From a virus, in the IMG/VR virus record IMGVR_UViG_3300049216_000067: 64,000 nt of DNA, one strand, 5' to 3'. Under the pieces are notes generated by a model. It saw only the letters and a program-made list of their open reading frames with translations, was not told the origin of the DNA and made no database searches. Below are positions 12,745-22,271 of this stretch, piece by piece (the stretch's first letter is position 1; every line of letters begins with the position of its first letter). The position numbers were made by a program, and so were the translations under genes.

Positions 12745-14676
12745 TTAAAGTTCGCAAACACCGCTTACACATGCAAGTGTTTTTGTATTTTCAGTATTGT
12801 CTTGCTCTTCTTTGAATTGCTTCCAATCAAAATTAACGTTTTGAGTAGCTAACAATTCATTGTACTTGGCTTCATCAATTTCCTCATACGGAGCCTGACG
12901 GTAAGTACCGGTGTCTCTTGGCAAGAATGAAACACCTGATAATCTATCAATATGTTTGTAAACCCAAGAACCAACTTCTAGCCATTCATCTTCACCAACA
13001 TATACGGTTATTGATGGCTTGTGTTCACACCAGTTGTCTTGAAAAACAAGCCAATGTTCAAGCTGCTGAATAGCAGTCATATCTTTAACAAATCTACTAC
13101 CTTCAGGTGCTTTCATTGGGAATGAAAATACCCATGAAGACTTGTTGTAGAAATCCTCTTCAGCCTTGTAACCGTTGTCCATCATGAACTGACCCAGTGG
13201 ATCGGTTTTTCCAAGTCTTACTCTACGTATATAGTACGGAGCGTAACGTGGGTGAATTCCAGATGCAGAATCAACCAGCTGAGAGACAGTGCCAGATGGC
13301 TTGACGCATGTAATAGCTGCTGAATGTTCGATATCCAAGTAATCAGCAAATTCAATGTTGGTCTTCACTGCTAATTCACGCAAATCTTTCAATGTCGGAG
13401 CAAGGTTTGCGTTGATTCGGCCTGTCAATCCAGCACCAGGAAACGGGCCATAATCATTACCATTCAATAAAGAATGATCCATGATGCCAGTCAAGCTAAC
13501 ACCCAACAATCTTTCTTCTTCGGTGTTCTTTTTCCACTTCTTGTTGATGTAGCGAAAGTCAGATACCGTACTCTGCAATGTTCCAAGGATCGTCGCCAAA
13601 CGCACCTTACGAGACAAGTCTTCTTTGGTGTCAGTTGCTCGAACAACCACTTCGGTCAAGTTACAAAACTGATATGGACGAAGAATGATTTCAGAACATG
13701 GGTTAGTACCGTAGTCTATATCCGGATCACGACGACCATACTGTGCAGCAATAAGCTGTGATGCCTTACGAGAAAAAATTCCTCGCTCACCAGAATGAGA
13801 ATTGTAAAGAGCCAACCATTCAGCCATGAACGTACCTATATCCGGCTTATCTTCATAGACTGCGCTGATATTGGCAAGTGCGCGCTGATTGTTATCGAGC
13901 CACCAGTTACCTGACTTGGATAGACGCATTTTATCGTCATTCAAATCAGTGAGGCTAATCAAAGCAGAACGACGGACACCACCGGACACGATTACATCAG
14001 CAACTTTACAGACAAGATCATGACACTCAATTGGCGTCAGTTTACGACCTTTAGCTTTGTTGAACAAAATGATCGCAAATTTCAAAAGATCCACTAATGG
14101 TTCTGGTCCGCTAGCTCTTCCTCCAAAAGTTTTGAGCCTAGCACCAGCTGGGCGCAAGAGACTGACATCCCATTTCGCAATCTTTCCAGAATATAGGAGT
14201 GATATAAATTCACGAAAGCCAGATGCCCATCCAAGTTTGGAGTCCTTAAAGACAACGGTGGTATCTGTTTCGTGGAGTTCATCTGGTACCTCAGGAAGTT
14301 TATTTGTGTAACGAGATTCAACACTAAATCCAACACCGCAACCACAGCTAAGCAAATACATGATTTCATCAAATGCTTTTTGACTATCGATTGGAAGGTA
14401 TGAGCAATTATAACCAGCAACTTGATCCTTCTCTAAAGCAGGACCAGCAGTCATCAAAGATCTCATAGATGGCATAACTTCAAGATTCAAAATAGCTGAA
14501 CGAAGTTCGTCCCATGGAATCTTTCTTGAACCTGTTTTGGTGCGAGCCTTAAAAAAATCTATGTAGCGATCTACAGTTTCTTCCCAGGTTTCTCTTCTTC
14601 CTAAATCGTCGCGGTAACGAGCGTAATGACCGACATGAATAAACTGTTGATAAATGGTAGGCAACTCAACCGCCAT
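12745..14676 (-). CDS. nrdJ: Class II (adenosylcobalamin) ribonucleotide reductase
   Basis: NPCSEI, KPSGTVSQL, HKPSIT, C-terminal CVSGVC; no adjacent beta subunit. Confidence 0.85.
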   Translation of the reverse strand: MAVELPTIYQQFIHVGHYARYRDDLGRRETWEETVDRYIDFFKARTKTGSRKIPWDELRSAILNLEVMPSMRSLMTAGPALEKDQVAGYNCSYLPIDSQKAFDEIMYLLSCGCGVGFSVESRYTNKLPEVPDELHETDTTVVFKDSKLGWASGFREFISLLYSGKIAKWDVSLLRPAGARLKTFGGRASGPEPLVDLLKFAIILFNKAKGRKLTPIECHDLVCKVADVIVSGGVRRSALISLTDLNDDKMRLSKSGNWWLDNNQRALANISAVYEDKPDIGTFMAEWLALYNSHSGERGIFSRKASQLIAAQYGRRDPDIDYGTNPCSEIILRPYQFCNLTEVVVRATDTKEDLSRKVRLATILGTLQSTVSDFRYINKKWKKNTEEERLLGVSLTGIMDHSLLNGNDYGPFPGAGLTGRINANLAPTLKDLRELAVKTNIEFADYLDIEHSAAITCVKPSGTVSQLVDSASGIHPRYAPYYIRRVRLGKTDPLGQFMMDNGYKAEEDFYNKSSWVFSFPMKAPEGSRFVKDMTAIQQLEHWLVFQDNWCEHKPSITVYVGEDEWLEVGSWVYKHIDRLSGVSFLPRDTGTYRQAPYEEIDEAKYNELLATQNVNFDWKQFKEEQDNTENTKTLACVSGVCEL

Positions 14677-14739
14677 GATTGTTCCTTTGTATTGTTTTGG
14701 TGATGGTTATATAGGTGCGTGAAAAAATTAAGATGGAAG

Positions 14740-15438
14740 TTATTGATTCCTCAACTCATCGAACGCAGCTATCGTAACTGGAACAATTGGCTTAATTAAT
14801 TCTTTCATAGCTTGAGCATAAACTCTCACTTCATGTTGGGCATGATCGTGATCACGAAGAACGATAAAATTGTTTAATAGATTATGAAGATTTACAGTAG
14901 CAAACATTTTTGAATAAGAATTCACAGGGAGAACACCACGAGCTAACTCACGAGGAATGCCTCTATCGATCATACCTTTGTATGCTACAAAAGCTGCATT
15001 ACATTGAGTATCAATCATAATCCTAGCCATTTCAGCAAATGGGTTTTGTTCATTTGTACGCATTTGTTTGTTAGATGATGATTGTGTAGTGATCTGCTCC
15101 AATTCAGGAACATAGTAACCCATATCTAATTCAGTGTATCGGGCACTGACTTCATTGTATGACCATGTGCGATGACGATGCCATTGTCTAAACACAAAAA
15201 TTGGTGCCTTTACTTCGAACGTAAATGTCACAGATTCAAAAGGAGATGTATGGTGGTTCTTCATCAAATAATGAATCAGCTTAGCATCTTTACCAATAGC
15301 TTCATCACCTTCAGGTTCACGCCAATCAGCGTCGTATGATACGCGAGCAGAACGAACTATAGATAAATCATTACCCATGTGATCAACTAAACGAACGTAA
15401 CCGCCATTCAATACTTCAATTTTGTCTTGCATCTTCAT
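14740..15438 (-). CDS. thyX: Flavin-dependent thymidylate synthase
   Basis: HTSPFE, RQWHRHRTWSYNEVSARY. Confidence 0.95.
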   Translation of the reverse strand: MKMQDKIEVLNGGYVRLVDHMGNDLSIVRSARVSYDADWREPEGDEAIGKDAKLIHYLMKNHHTSPFESVTFTFEVKAPIFVFRQWHRHRTWSYNEVSARYTELDMGYYVPELEQITTQSSSNKQMRTNEQNPFAEMARIMIDTQCNAAFVAYKGMIDRGIPRELARGVLPVNSYSKMFATVNLHNLLNNFIVLRDHDHAQHEVRVYAQAMKELIKPIVPVTIAAFDELRNQ

Positions 15439-15441
15439 TCC

Positions 15442-16179
15442 TTATAATCTTTCGGCATCAATAAAAACATAATTGATGTAGGTGTTAGCTATAAACAAGT
15501 AACCAGTACTCTCCATAATTTGCCTTATTTTTAAGCCATTTCCAGGTTTTATAGTCTCACTGACTTCGATCTGAATTATGAATGGCCTATAAGCATTATA
15601 GTTTATCGCAGCCAAAATTTCTACGTCTGGACCTTCAACATCTATCGACAGATAGAACAATTGATACCTGTTATTAGCCATTTCCATAATTTCATTAATG
15701 TTAACGGCTTTCACTCTTCTTTCAAAAGATTTCAAACCCTTGTTCATGAATCTTTGTATAAAATCTGGATCTGTACTAGATAACTCATTAGCTTCATCAC
15801 AAATAACCATATCCATGTGAGTAGAATCATCAGCAACACATGCTGCTTCGACAACCGTATCACCTTCTCTGAATTTTCTTAAATCAGCAGCAAGTTTAGG
15901 ATTAGGTTCGACTAAAATTCCACGAGAACCGTATTTCTGTCTTATAAGATAAGTTGAACTAGTTGCTATAGGATGATTTGCACCTATCTCCACATAACCA
16001 AAACTCAGTGGGCCGCTTCTCATGGCATAAGCATCTAACAAAGACATCACGATTATATCCTCGTATTTTTGCGAATACGTAGTATGCAACCACGGTGTAA
16101 TAGTTGGAGCAACTTGCTGAAGATTTTCTACTTCTTCATAAACAAAGGGATTGACTATTTGTTTTAGCATTTTTTCCAA
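15442..16179 (-). CDS. FkbM-family methyltransferase
   Basis: VEIGANHP, GILVEPNP, LSIDVEG. Confidence 0.85.
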   Translation of the reverse strand: MEKMLKQIVNPFVYEEVENLQQVAPTITPWLHTTYSQKYEDIIVMSLLDAYAMRSGPLSFGYVEIGANHPIATSSTYLIRQKYGSRGILVEPNPKLAADLRKFREGDTVVEAACVADDSTHMDMVICDEANELSSTDPDFIQRFMNKGLKSFERRVKAVNINEIMEMANNRYQLFYLSIDVEGPDVEILAAINYNAYRPFIIQIEVSETIKPGNGLKIRQIMESTGYLFIANTYINYVFIDAERL

Positions 16180-17213
16180 GAACTCATTTTTAATTGAGCT
16201 TCTAATCCTCTAAAAGTGTTTTCATCAATCATTTCTTGAATTTGTAAAGTAGTCATTCCAGAAAGAAATGCTTCATTGATATCTTTGCCTGGAAACGATT
16301 CAGGTAAAAGACACACATCAAAACCTTCGTCAATTGAATCTTCAATGATATTAACCAATTGTTTGTTACGTGGCTCTTTATCGAATACCAACACCGGATA
16401 AACACCAAAAGTTTCGTATACCCATTTAGCTGTACCATTCAAATTAGAGTCACCAGAAGCAATTGCGTTAGGCAAAAACATACTATCGAACTCGCCTTCG
16501 GTAAGATAAACTTTCTTCCCAAAATCAACTCGATTTATATTAAATACCTTACGATATTCGGCAACTTTTACTTTAAGGTATCTCTGTTTTGGATCGGCCT
16601 GAAATGAGCGTCCACACACGTTCACAATGTATCCTGCCCTATCAGTGTAGAAAAATACAACACGAGGATCATTTTCTTTTATTTTATCTTTGCCGTGCCA
16701 TGGAAAAGTTTCATCCAAAAACATTTTGAAATCATCAGCAAAGAAAATCTCTTCCCAAAATTCAACTGGAATTTGACGAGCCGCGATGTAGGCACGAGCA
16801 AAATGATCTTCAGGAAGATCCACTATTCTAGGAAGATCAATATGATGTAATCCAACTGGATTGTGATCTAATTTCAATTCTTCTGTTGGTTCAGAGACAG
16901 GAGTTTGCCCAACTACATTATATTTACCATCTGCTTCAAATTTTTCCATGACGTAATCTTTGTACATCAATGGATCTAGAAATTTTAGAAAATTGTGAAA
17001 GTTGGTACTGACGTTACAGTTCCAACATTTGTACCCATACCCGTTATAGTCCTGAGCCTTGAATACGTAGCCGCGAGCCTTCAACGCATTTTTCTTAGAA
17101 TCACCACAAAACGGACAACGAAAGTTGTATAGGTCTGTAGATTTTTCTTTGAAAAGTTGAAGTCTTGCAGAAGTTAAAAGCAGGTATTTACGATCAAGAT
17201 ATAGGCTCATCAC
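16164..17213 (-). CDS. gp61: DNA primase
   Basis: RCPFCGDS zinc finger, EGEFDSMF, KDINE. Confidence 0.93.
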   Translation of the reverse strand: MMSLYLDRKYLLLTSARLQLFKEKSTDLYNFRCPFCGDSKKNALKARGYVFKAQDYNGYGYKCWNCNVSTNFHNFLKFLDPLMYKDYVMEKFEADGKYNVVGQTPVSEPTEELKLDHNPVGLHHIDLPRIVDLPEDHFARAYIAARQIPVEFWEEIFFADDFKMFLDETFPWHGKDKIKENDPRVVFFYTDRAGYIVNVCGRSFQADPKQRYLKVKVAEYRKVFNINRVDFGKKVYLTEGEFDSMFLPNAIASGDSNLNGTAKWVYETFGVYPVLVFDKEPRNKQLVNIIEDSIDEGFDVCLLPESFPGKDINEAFLSGMTTLQIQEMIDENTFRGLEAQLKMSSWKKC

Positions 17214-17245
17214 AACATGATATGATAAATTTCTTTAATACTCAA

Positions 17246-17770
17246 TTAGCCGTTGGCAGTTATACCTAACAATGATGTCAGCAATCCCCATTTGTGGAAC
17301 ATCAAACCACCAAGGATAGCCGTTGCAAAAGCAATGTATTTCCAATTGTCCACAAGAAATTTAAAGACTTTGAACTTTCCATCATCTTTAGGATCTACTA
17401 TTTCAGGTTTTGGTGCGCTTGCCTGAATTTCAACAATAAGATCTTTCTTAAGTTCCTCTAGGAACTCCCTACGTTTCTCGTCCTGGTTATCGATTTTCTC
17501 TTCAATTTCAACCATGAAATTATCAAGCTTTTGGTTGATATCTTTAAGAGATTGTTCGACATTCATGTTTATTTTTTCCTGTGTCCTTAAGCGGTCCTCA
17601 TAGATAATGATATTACGATTCAATGCCTCGATATGGGTTTCTGCCCTATCGATTACATCTTCCATTTTTTCCAATGATTTGGTTTGAATGGAACTATCTT
17701 TGCTTAGAACAGCAACACCTGTCTCCAAAGTATGAATGCGTTCTAGTTCATTACTTGGCATTAGGGTCAC
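17246..17770 (-). CDS. Coiled-coil protein with C-terminal membrane anchor
   Basis: Composition. Confidence 0.6.
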   Translation of the reverse strand: MTLMPSNELERIHTLETGVAVLSKDSSIQTKSLEKMEDVIDRAETHIEALNRNIIIYEDRLRTQEKINMNVEQSLKDINQKLDNFMVEIEEKIDNQDEKRREFLEELKKDLIVEIQASAPKPEIVDPKDDGKFKVFKFLVDNWKYIAFATAILGGLMFHKWGLLTSLLGITANG

Positions 17771-17930
17771 CAGGTTTTTTAATAGTTTGTAGATCTGGTA
17801 ATGGTGCTAACAAATTGGCAGGAGCCGTTGGCATCGTATACACAGGGACAAGTTTAGTTGTCTGACAACCTGTGATAGAACTCAAAAACAAGATTGAAAA
17901 AACCATCCAGTAAAAAATACGACCTTTCAT
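17751..17930 (-). CDS. Outer-membrane spanin lipoprotein (not in ORF track)
   Basis: MKGRIFYWMVFSILFLSSITG-CQTT...; lipobox, Pro-rich, directly after i-spanin. Confidence 0.75.
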   Translation of the reverse strand: MKGRIFYWMVFSILFLSSITGCQTTKLVPVYTMPTAPANLLAPLPDLQTIKKPGDPNAK

Positions 17931-17931
17931 T

Positions 17932-18498
17932 TTATTTGTCCTTCTTGTTCTGTGCAGCTACAGCGGCTTGTTGTTTCGTGTACCAATCCTGCCAGCCTTG
18001 TGCGACTGCTTTGTATTGAAGACAGATACCATAGTTGGCATTATCGACGTTCAACGCATCAACAGCTGAAACTCCAGAAGGTGTTGTGTTAGCAGCTGCC
18101 GTTGGATCAATGTTTAGACCTTGAACGGATGAATTGAACGAACTAACCCAACCTTCGCTAAGGATAGTCTTGATATCTGGAACATTCTTAGTAATAACAT
18201 CGGAATTGTCATGAACCACTTTAGTGATCACTTTGACTCTATCCACGTATTGAATTTGTACTTTAGTGTTTACGCCAGTTGATATCTCATGTAATTCAGC
18301 ATCGTCCTTGTTCTTTTGAACGATGTAAGCGTTAATCTCTTTTTGTGCTTCAGCTTCAACCTTGTTATGAAACCAAATTTTACCCCAAAGTAGCAAACCA
18401 CCCAATAGGATAACTCCAGCACCGATCAAATAGTAGGATGGGATCAGTTTGATAGCTGCGCCAAAACCGTCCTTAAGAAGCGTAGTTAAGATACTCAT
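17932..18498 (-). CDS. Inner-membrane spanin (Rz-like)
   Basis: N-terminal TM helix, helical periplasmic part, NYGIC...WQDW. Confidence 0.72.
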   Translation of the reverse strand: MSILTTLLKDGFGAAIKLIPSYYLIGAGVILLGGLLLWGKIWFHNKVEAEAQKEINAYIVQKNKDDAELHEISTGVNTKVQIQYVDRVKVITKVVHDNSDVITKNVPDIKTILSEGWVSSFNSSVQGLNIDPTAAANTTPSGVSAVDALNVDNANYGICLQYKAVAQGWQDWYTKQQAAVAAQNKKDK

Positions 18499-18779
18499 GT
18501 CTTCTCCGTACCAGAAGTGACCTGATCACCACCATTTGATAATGGTTGCTCTGTCGTTTCTTTAATTTTAATAGATGCGCCACCACCGGCAAGAATGCCA
18601 CCAAATGCCATACCAAAATTGATCATGTTGAATGATGATGGTAATAAAATTGTGGTGTAAATGACTAGCCCAAAGAATAGGAGCGTGCCCATAACCCACA
18701 AAATGCGGGCAGGATCGAATGATATACCGTCTTTTTCGGTAACAATATCTTTAATAACACGCTTGGATAAACGAAACAT
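18495..18779 (-). CDS. Putative holin
   Basis: 94 aa, two TM helices, between endolysin and spanins. Confidence 0.65.
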   Translation of the reverse strand: MFRLSKRVIKDIVTEKDGISFDPARILWVMGTLLFFGLVIYTTILLPSSFNMINFGMAFGGILAGGGASIKIKETTEQPLSNGGDQVTSGTEKT

Positions 18780-18782
18780 GAC

Positions 18783-18807
18783 AACTCCTAATCTAGGAGT
18801 TATTTAG
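18783..18807 (-). promoter_or_regulatory. Late promoter plus SD-sequestering hairpin of holin
   Basis: CTAAATA then ACTCCTA-GAT-TAGGAGT covering AGGAG. Confidence 0.7.
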
Positions 18808-18818
18808 GGTCCCGTAAC

Positions 18819-19298
18819 TTACTGACCCAGAACGTAATGGTTGTACTTTGCTATGAAAGTATCGTGGGTAGCAGCGCCTTGTGGGGTGTTATACCATTGT
18901 TTATAGTATGCCCAAATAGCTTCTATGTTGTTTGCATCCGGCAATGCGCCAGGTTTACGTGCGTAATGGATACGAGCCATACAAACACTATATGGATCAT
19001 TATAGATCATGTCGTCAGCTGTGCCTTGATGCCCACCATTATAGTTCTTGATTTGAAAAGCAAGAGTTGCGTGATAAGCAAGGTAATTTGTCCAAATATC
19101 GTTAAAATCTTCAGCTTCCATTTGAAAGATTCCACGAGCCGGTCCACCACCACCCTGAACGCGATACATGCCAAAATTACTTTCATTAGCACAAGTAGCT
19201 AACAAAAGTTCTTCGGCGTTAGGTGAATATAAACCGATTGGCGTAAGAGTTGATTGAATTAATGAGCGTAGATTAGCTACGACTAATGGGCTATTCAT
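18819..19298 (-). CDS. Putative endolysin (lysozyme-like fold)
   Basis: T.A.ES, GPARGIFQME, YYKQWYNT..G; lysis-cassette context. Confidence 0.65.
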   Translation of the reverse strand: MNSPLVVANLRSLIQSTLTPIGLYSPNAEELLLATCANESNFGMYRVQGGGGPARGIFQMEAEDFNDIWTNYLAYHATLAFQIKNYNGGHQGTADDMIYNDPYSVCMARIHYARKPGALPDANNIEAIWAYYKQWYNTPQGAATHDTFIAKYNHYVLGQ

Positions 19299-19783
19299 TT
19301 CTTGTAACGCTCAAGAGAATTTTTCTTAATTTTCTTTTTGATCTGAAAAGCATAATTAGTTGTTGCGTCTGCTGGTGCAACACCGGCTACTGCGCCACCA
19401 CCTACTGACATAGCAACATTTTCTTTGACATTTGTTTTCTTAGCATTGTATGAAAAATAATCATCACCACCGCCCTTGTTCTTAGGGTCTAGTTTGTGCT
19501 GCATTTTAGACTTTACTGTGTTTTGTAATTGACGATTTGCTGAATATTCAGACTCTTTACCTTCACCAATACCAGTTGGAGATGGTCCAGTAGTGTGTCC
19601 GTGGACTACACTAGGGCGGCGAGAAGAATTTGGACGAGTGACAGTCTTTTGCTTACCGACACCAGCTACACCACCAATGGTAGGTCCACCGGCTTGAGTA
19701 TTTTGTGCTTTCTGTTTATTAGAAACAGGAGAGGAATTCTTACTGGCTGTCTTGCCTAGAATCTTTTGCTTTATTTCGGTCAT
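19295..19783 (-). CDS. Basic low-complexity protein, possible internal virion protein
   Basis: Composition. Confidence 0.55.
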   Translation of the reverse strand: MTEIKQKILGKTASKNSSPVSNKQKAQNTQAGGPTIGGVAGVGKQKTVTRPNSSRRPSVVHGHTTGPSPTGIGEGKESEYSANRQLQNTVKSKMQHKLDPKNKGGGDDYFSYNAKKTNVKENVAMSVGGGAVAGVAPADATTNYAFQIKKKIKKNSLERYKK

Positions 19784-20171
19784 TGTTTAATGCTCTTAAA
19801 ATTTCAACTACTTTCTGATCCAACCCTATGGTGTCCGTTTCAATGGTCAATCCGCGAACACCTTGGATCTGCTTAGGTAGCAAATTCAAAAACAACAAAA
19901 AAGGCTTAATGACCTGCCAATCTTTTTGATCTAACTTCAACCAAAGTAATTTGGATGATGCTTCGATCCCAAAAACATTATAAAATATAATCAAATGATT
20001 CAACAAAAGTCGTTCTTTCAACAAACCTGTTGAATGATACTTAGTCAACAATCGCTTGATGTACAAAATTCTATTCAAATCTTCATCAAACTCAGCTTGT
20101 ATAGCAAACGGTTTTTCGTAAGCTTTAGCTGCATAAAGAATGTAATTCTCGTCAGTCAAGTCATTGATCAT
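19740..20171 (-). CDS. Conserved T4-like phage hypothetical protein
   Basis: EFDEDLNR..YIKRL, LKERLLLNHLIIFYNVFG. Confidence 0.75.
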   Translation of the reverse strand: MINDLTDENYILYAAKAYEKPFAIQAEFDEDLNRILYIKRLLTKYHSTGLLKERLLLNHLIIFYNVFGIEASSKLLWLKLDQKDWQVIKPFLLFLNLLPKQIQGVRGLTIETDTIGLDQKVVEILRALNNDRNKAKDSRQDSQ

Positions 20172-20183
20172 ATAAAATTCAAC

Positions 20184-20711
20184 TTAAACGTCTGGTGGAC
20201 CATCATCTAAACCACGTTCACCTTTGGTCTTACGAGCTATAACTTGAGCCGGTGTTTCATCAGGAATTTCTGGATACTCTCGATCATCAGCAATTTCCAT
20301 GACTTCAGACAACTCATCTTCGTTGACTAACTGTGCATAACATTCAAACAAACCTTCAAAATCTTTATCGCAAACCATGTACAAATAAATGTCACTGATA
20401 TCACCATGCGCGTCCTCGACATGAAATATGTATTCACCATCAAAAGGTGCTGCATACATGTCAGGAGCAAGAGGATTAGTAACACCGGCTAAAATAGCTG
20501 GACCCTCTTCTGGGGTCATGCCGTTTTTACCTTCAATGTCAATATGAGGAAGAGTAATACCGTGAAGATCTAGAGCGCCGCGAACAGCTTGAACAAAAAG
20601 AATCGGAGCGACAAAACGCTTAGCAGTAATGTCGTCAAGCAAAGTGTTCAATCTATGAACATCTGTTGTCTCGTCATAAAATTCTGGTTGACTATTTACA
20701 AACTCTGTCAT
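20184..20711 (-). CDS. Hypothetical acidic protein
   Basis: ORF. Confidence 0.6.
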   Translation of the reverse strand: MTEFVNSQPEFYDETTDVHRLNTLLDDITAKRFVAPILFVQAVRGALDLHGITLPHIDIEGKNGMTPEEGPAILAGVTNPLAPDMYAAPFDGEYIFHVEDAHGDISDIYLYMVCDKDFEGLFECYAQLVNEDELSEVMEIADDREYPEIPDETPAQVIARKTKGERGLDDGPPDV

Positions 20712-21223
20712 TTCGTATATCCAATTTCCTCAAGCTGTCTAATCGTATCTTTTGCGCTAATGTGAAGGACTCCGATTCCACCAGCTTTGATCCATTCTTC
20801 GATGTTTTTATCCTTATCGTCAATTAAAACATTGGGATACATCGTTGTCTTATTTAGGGCAAACTTTTGCTTCTCGACACGAGCCACGACATGAAACCTA
20901 TTGTCAGGAACCATCATGTGAGTCTTGTTCCAAATCTTTTTTCCTTTAATAGCAACCTCAATAGCAGATTTACCCCATTGAGGGTATGCCGTCAAAATAT
21001 GAGGGTTCCAATATTTGACGAAACCCCACAATTCATCATAGTCCTGCATAGGTTCAAGCTGAGACCAAAATTCAACTGTGTCACATGCTTCAGAATAAGC
21101 TTGATTTCTCTTATTCTGCCCAAAATCTTCAAATTCCTTTCCGTCGATGTCGTAACCGATTCGCCTGGAAGCTTCCTTATGAAAATCCACTAACACACCA
21201 TCCATATCCACATACAAAATCAT
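20708..21223 (-). CDS. HAD-family 5'(3')-deoxyribonucleotidase
   Basis: YVDMDGVLVDF, LIDD, W..AGG.G. Confidence 0.85.
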   Translation of the reverse strand: MILYVDMDGVLVDFHKEASRRIGYDIDGKEFEDFGQNKRNQAYSEACDTVEFWSQLEPMQDYDELWGFVKYWNPHILTAYPQWGKSAIEVAIKGKKIWNKTHMMVPDNRFHVVARVEKQKFALNKTTMYPNVLIDDKDKNIEEWIKAGGIGVLHISAKDTIRQLEEIGYTK

Positions 21224-21234
21224 AATATAACCTC

Positions 21235-22113
21235 TTATTTCTTACGGTCTCCGCTTGGAGTCGTCTTATTCCAATTTTTATCTTTCTCACCAATAACAGG
21301 TTCAGTGATAATCCTATGCGCTGGCTTTCCAGTAGCCGTTGTACCGCGAACCTTGCCAAGGTACTTACGAGCAACCTTTCCGGTTCCTGGGCCTTTAGCG
21401 TTCGTTCCACGGACCTTCTTGGCTTCATTGTTGCCGTCAACATCTTCCTTTTCACCGACCTTCAATTCTTCTTTCACAGGAACGCAATTAGGTACCTTCT
21501 TGCCGTTCTTTTCCTTTTCACCAACTTGCTTATACCCTTTCCAACAAGGGTCTTGTTCGTTGATGAATTCTTCGAAAATTGAATCTAAGTCACTAAGCGA
21601 CATTATAACATCACTTTCATAAGTCGTGCTAGCATTAGGTATAGTATCTCTACGTAACTTCTTGTTCATATTGGTTTTCTTTGTTCCTGCTGGGACTGGA
21701 AGTGACTGAGCATAATTGTTATTTCCAGTGTTTGGTGCTCCACCGTCGTAGGCTTCTGCCTGTGGCTTCAACAATGAATTACCACCTGAGTTCTTCATAC
21801 GACGCTTTAAACCTTTAACAGTGTTATCCAACTTCACCTTAGGATCTTTGATCTTTTTCATGTCTGCACGATGATTGGTCATCAAATCGTCAGACGATTC
21901 TTTAAGTCTACCATTATCAGGTGCTGAACCGGGATAGGTAGTCCTATCACCAGGAGTCACTTTTGGCTTGGGAAAAGGTACCCTGACTGTTTTGTTTAGA
22001 CCACGAAAATCCTTTCCCTCAGCAGAGAATGATTTTACATTGTCAAGATCAGTCGTTTGGTCTTTAATTGCTTGACCACGAATGTCAGCTAATTTTTTAG
22101 GTGTTGTTGGCAT
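21235..22113 (-). CDS. Putative internal head protein
   Basis: Charged low complexity; PCWKGYKQVG..VPNCVP module. Confidence 0.6.
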   Translation of the reverse strand: MPTTPKKLADIRGQAIKDQTTDLDNVKSFSAEGKDFRGLNKTVRVPFPKPKVTPGDRTTYPGSAPDNGRLKESSDDLMTNHRADMKKIKDPKVKLDNTVKGLKRRMKNSGGNSLLKPQAEAYDGGAPNTGNNNYAQSLPVPAGTKKTNMNKKLRRDTIPNASTTYESDVIMSLSDLDSIFEEFINEQDPCWKGYKQVGEKEKNGKKVPNCVPVKEELKVGEKEDVDGNNEAKKVRGTNAKGPGTGKVARKYLGKVRGTTATGKPAHRIITEPVIGEKDKNWNKTTPSGDRKK

Positions 22114-22270
22114 TCTTCTTCTGGCGAATTTGTTCTTCTACAGCCTTAAGGTTACGAACCAATGGTGTATTACGATTCAATCCACCTGGATCGATTGCAT
22201 TGACACGTTGTACGTCATGAACCAACCTGTTGTGGTACGCTTCTAGTTCTTGGAGTGTTTTTTCGGTCAT
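22097..22270 (-). CDS. 57-aa hypothetical protein (not in ORF track)
   Basis: MTEKTLQELE...; fills gap, AGGA RBS. Confidence 0.5.
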   Translation of the reverse strand: MTEKTLQELEAYHNRLVHDVQRVNAIDPGGLNRNTPLVRNLKAVEEQIRQKKNANNT

Positions 22271-22271
22271 A

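Noticed and set aside
12552-12761. N-terminal extension of the RuvC-like ORF given in the ORF track
   Set aside because: Overlaps the zinc-ribbon gene; nuclease motif begins at the Met at 12551
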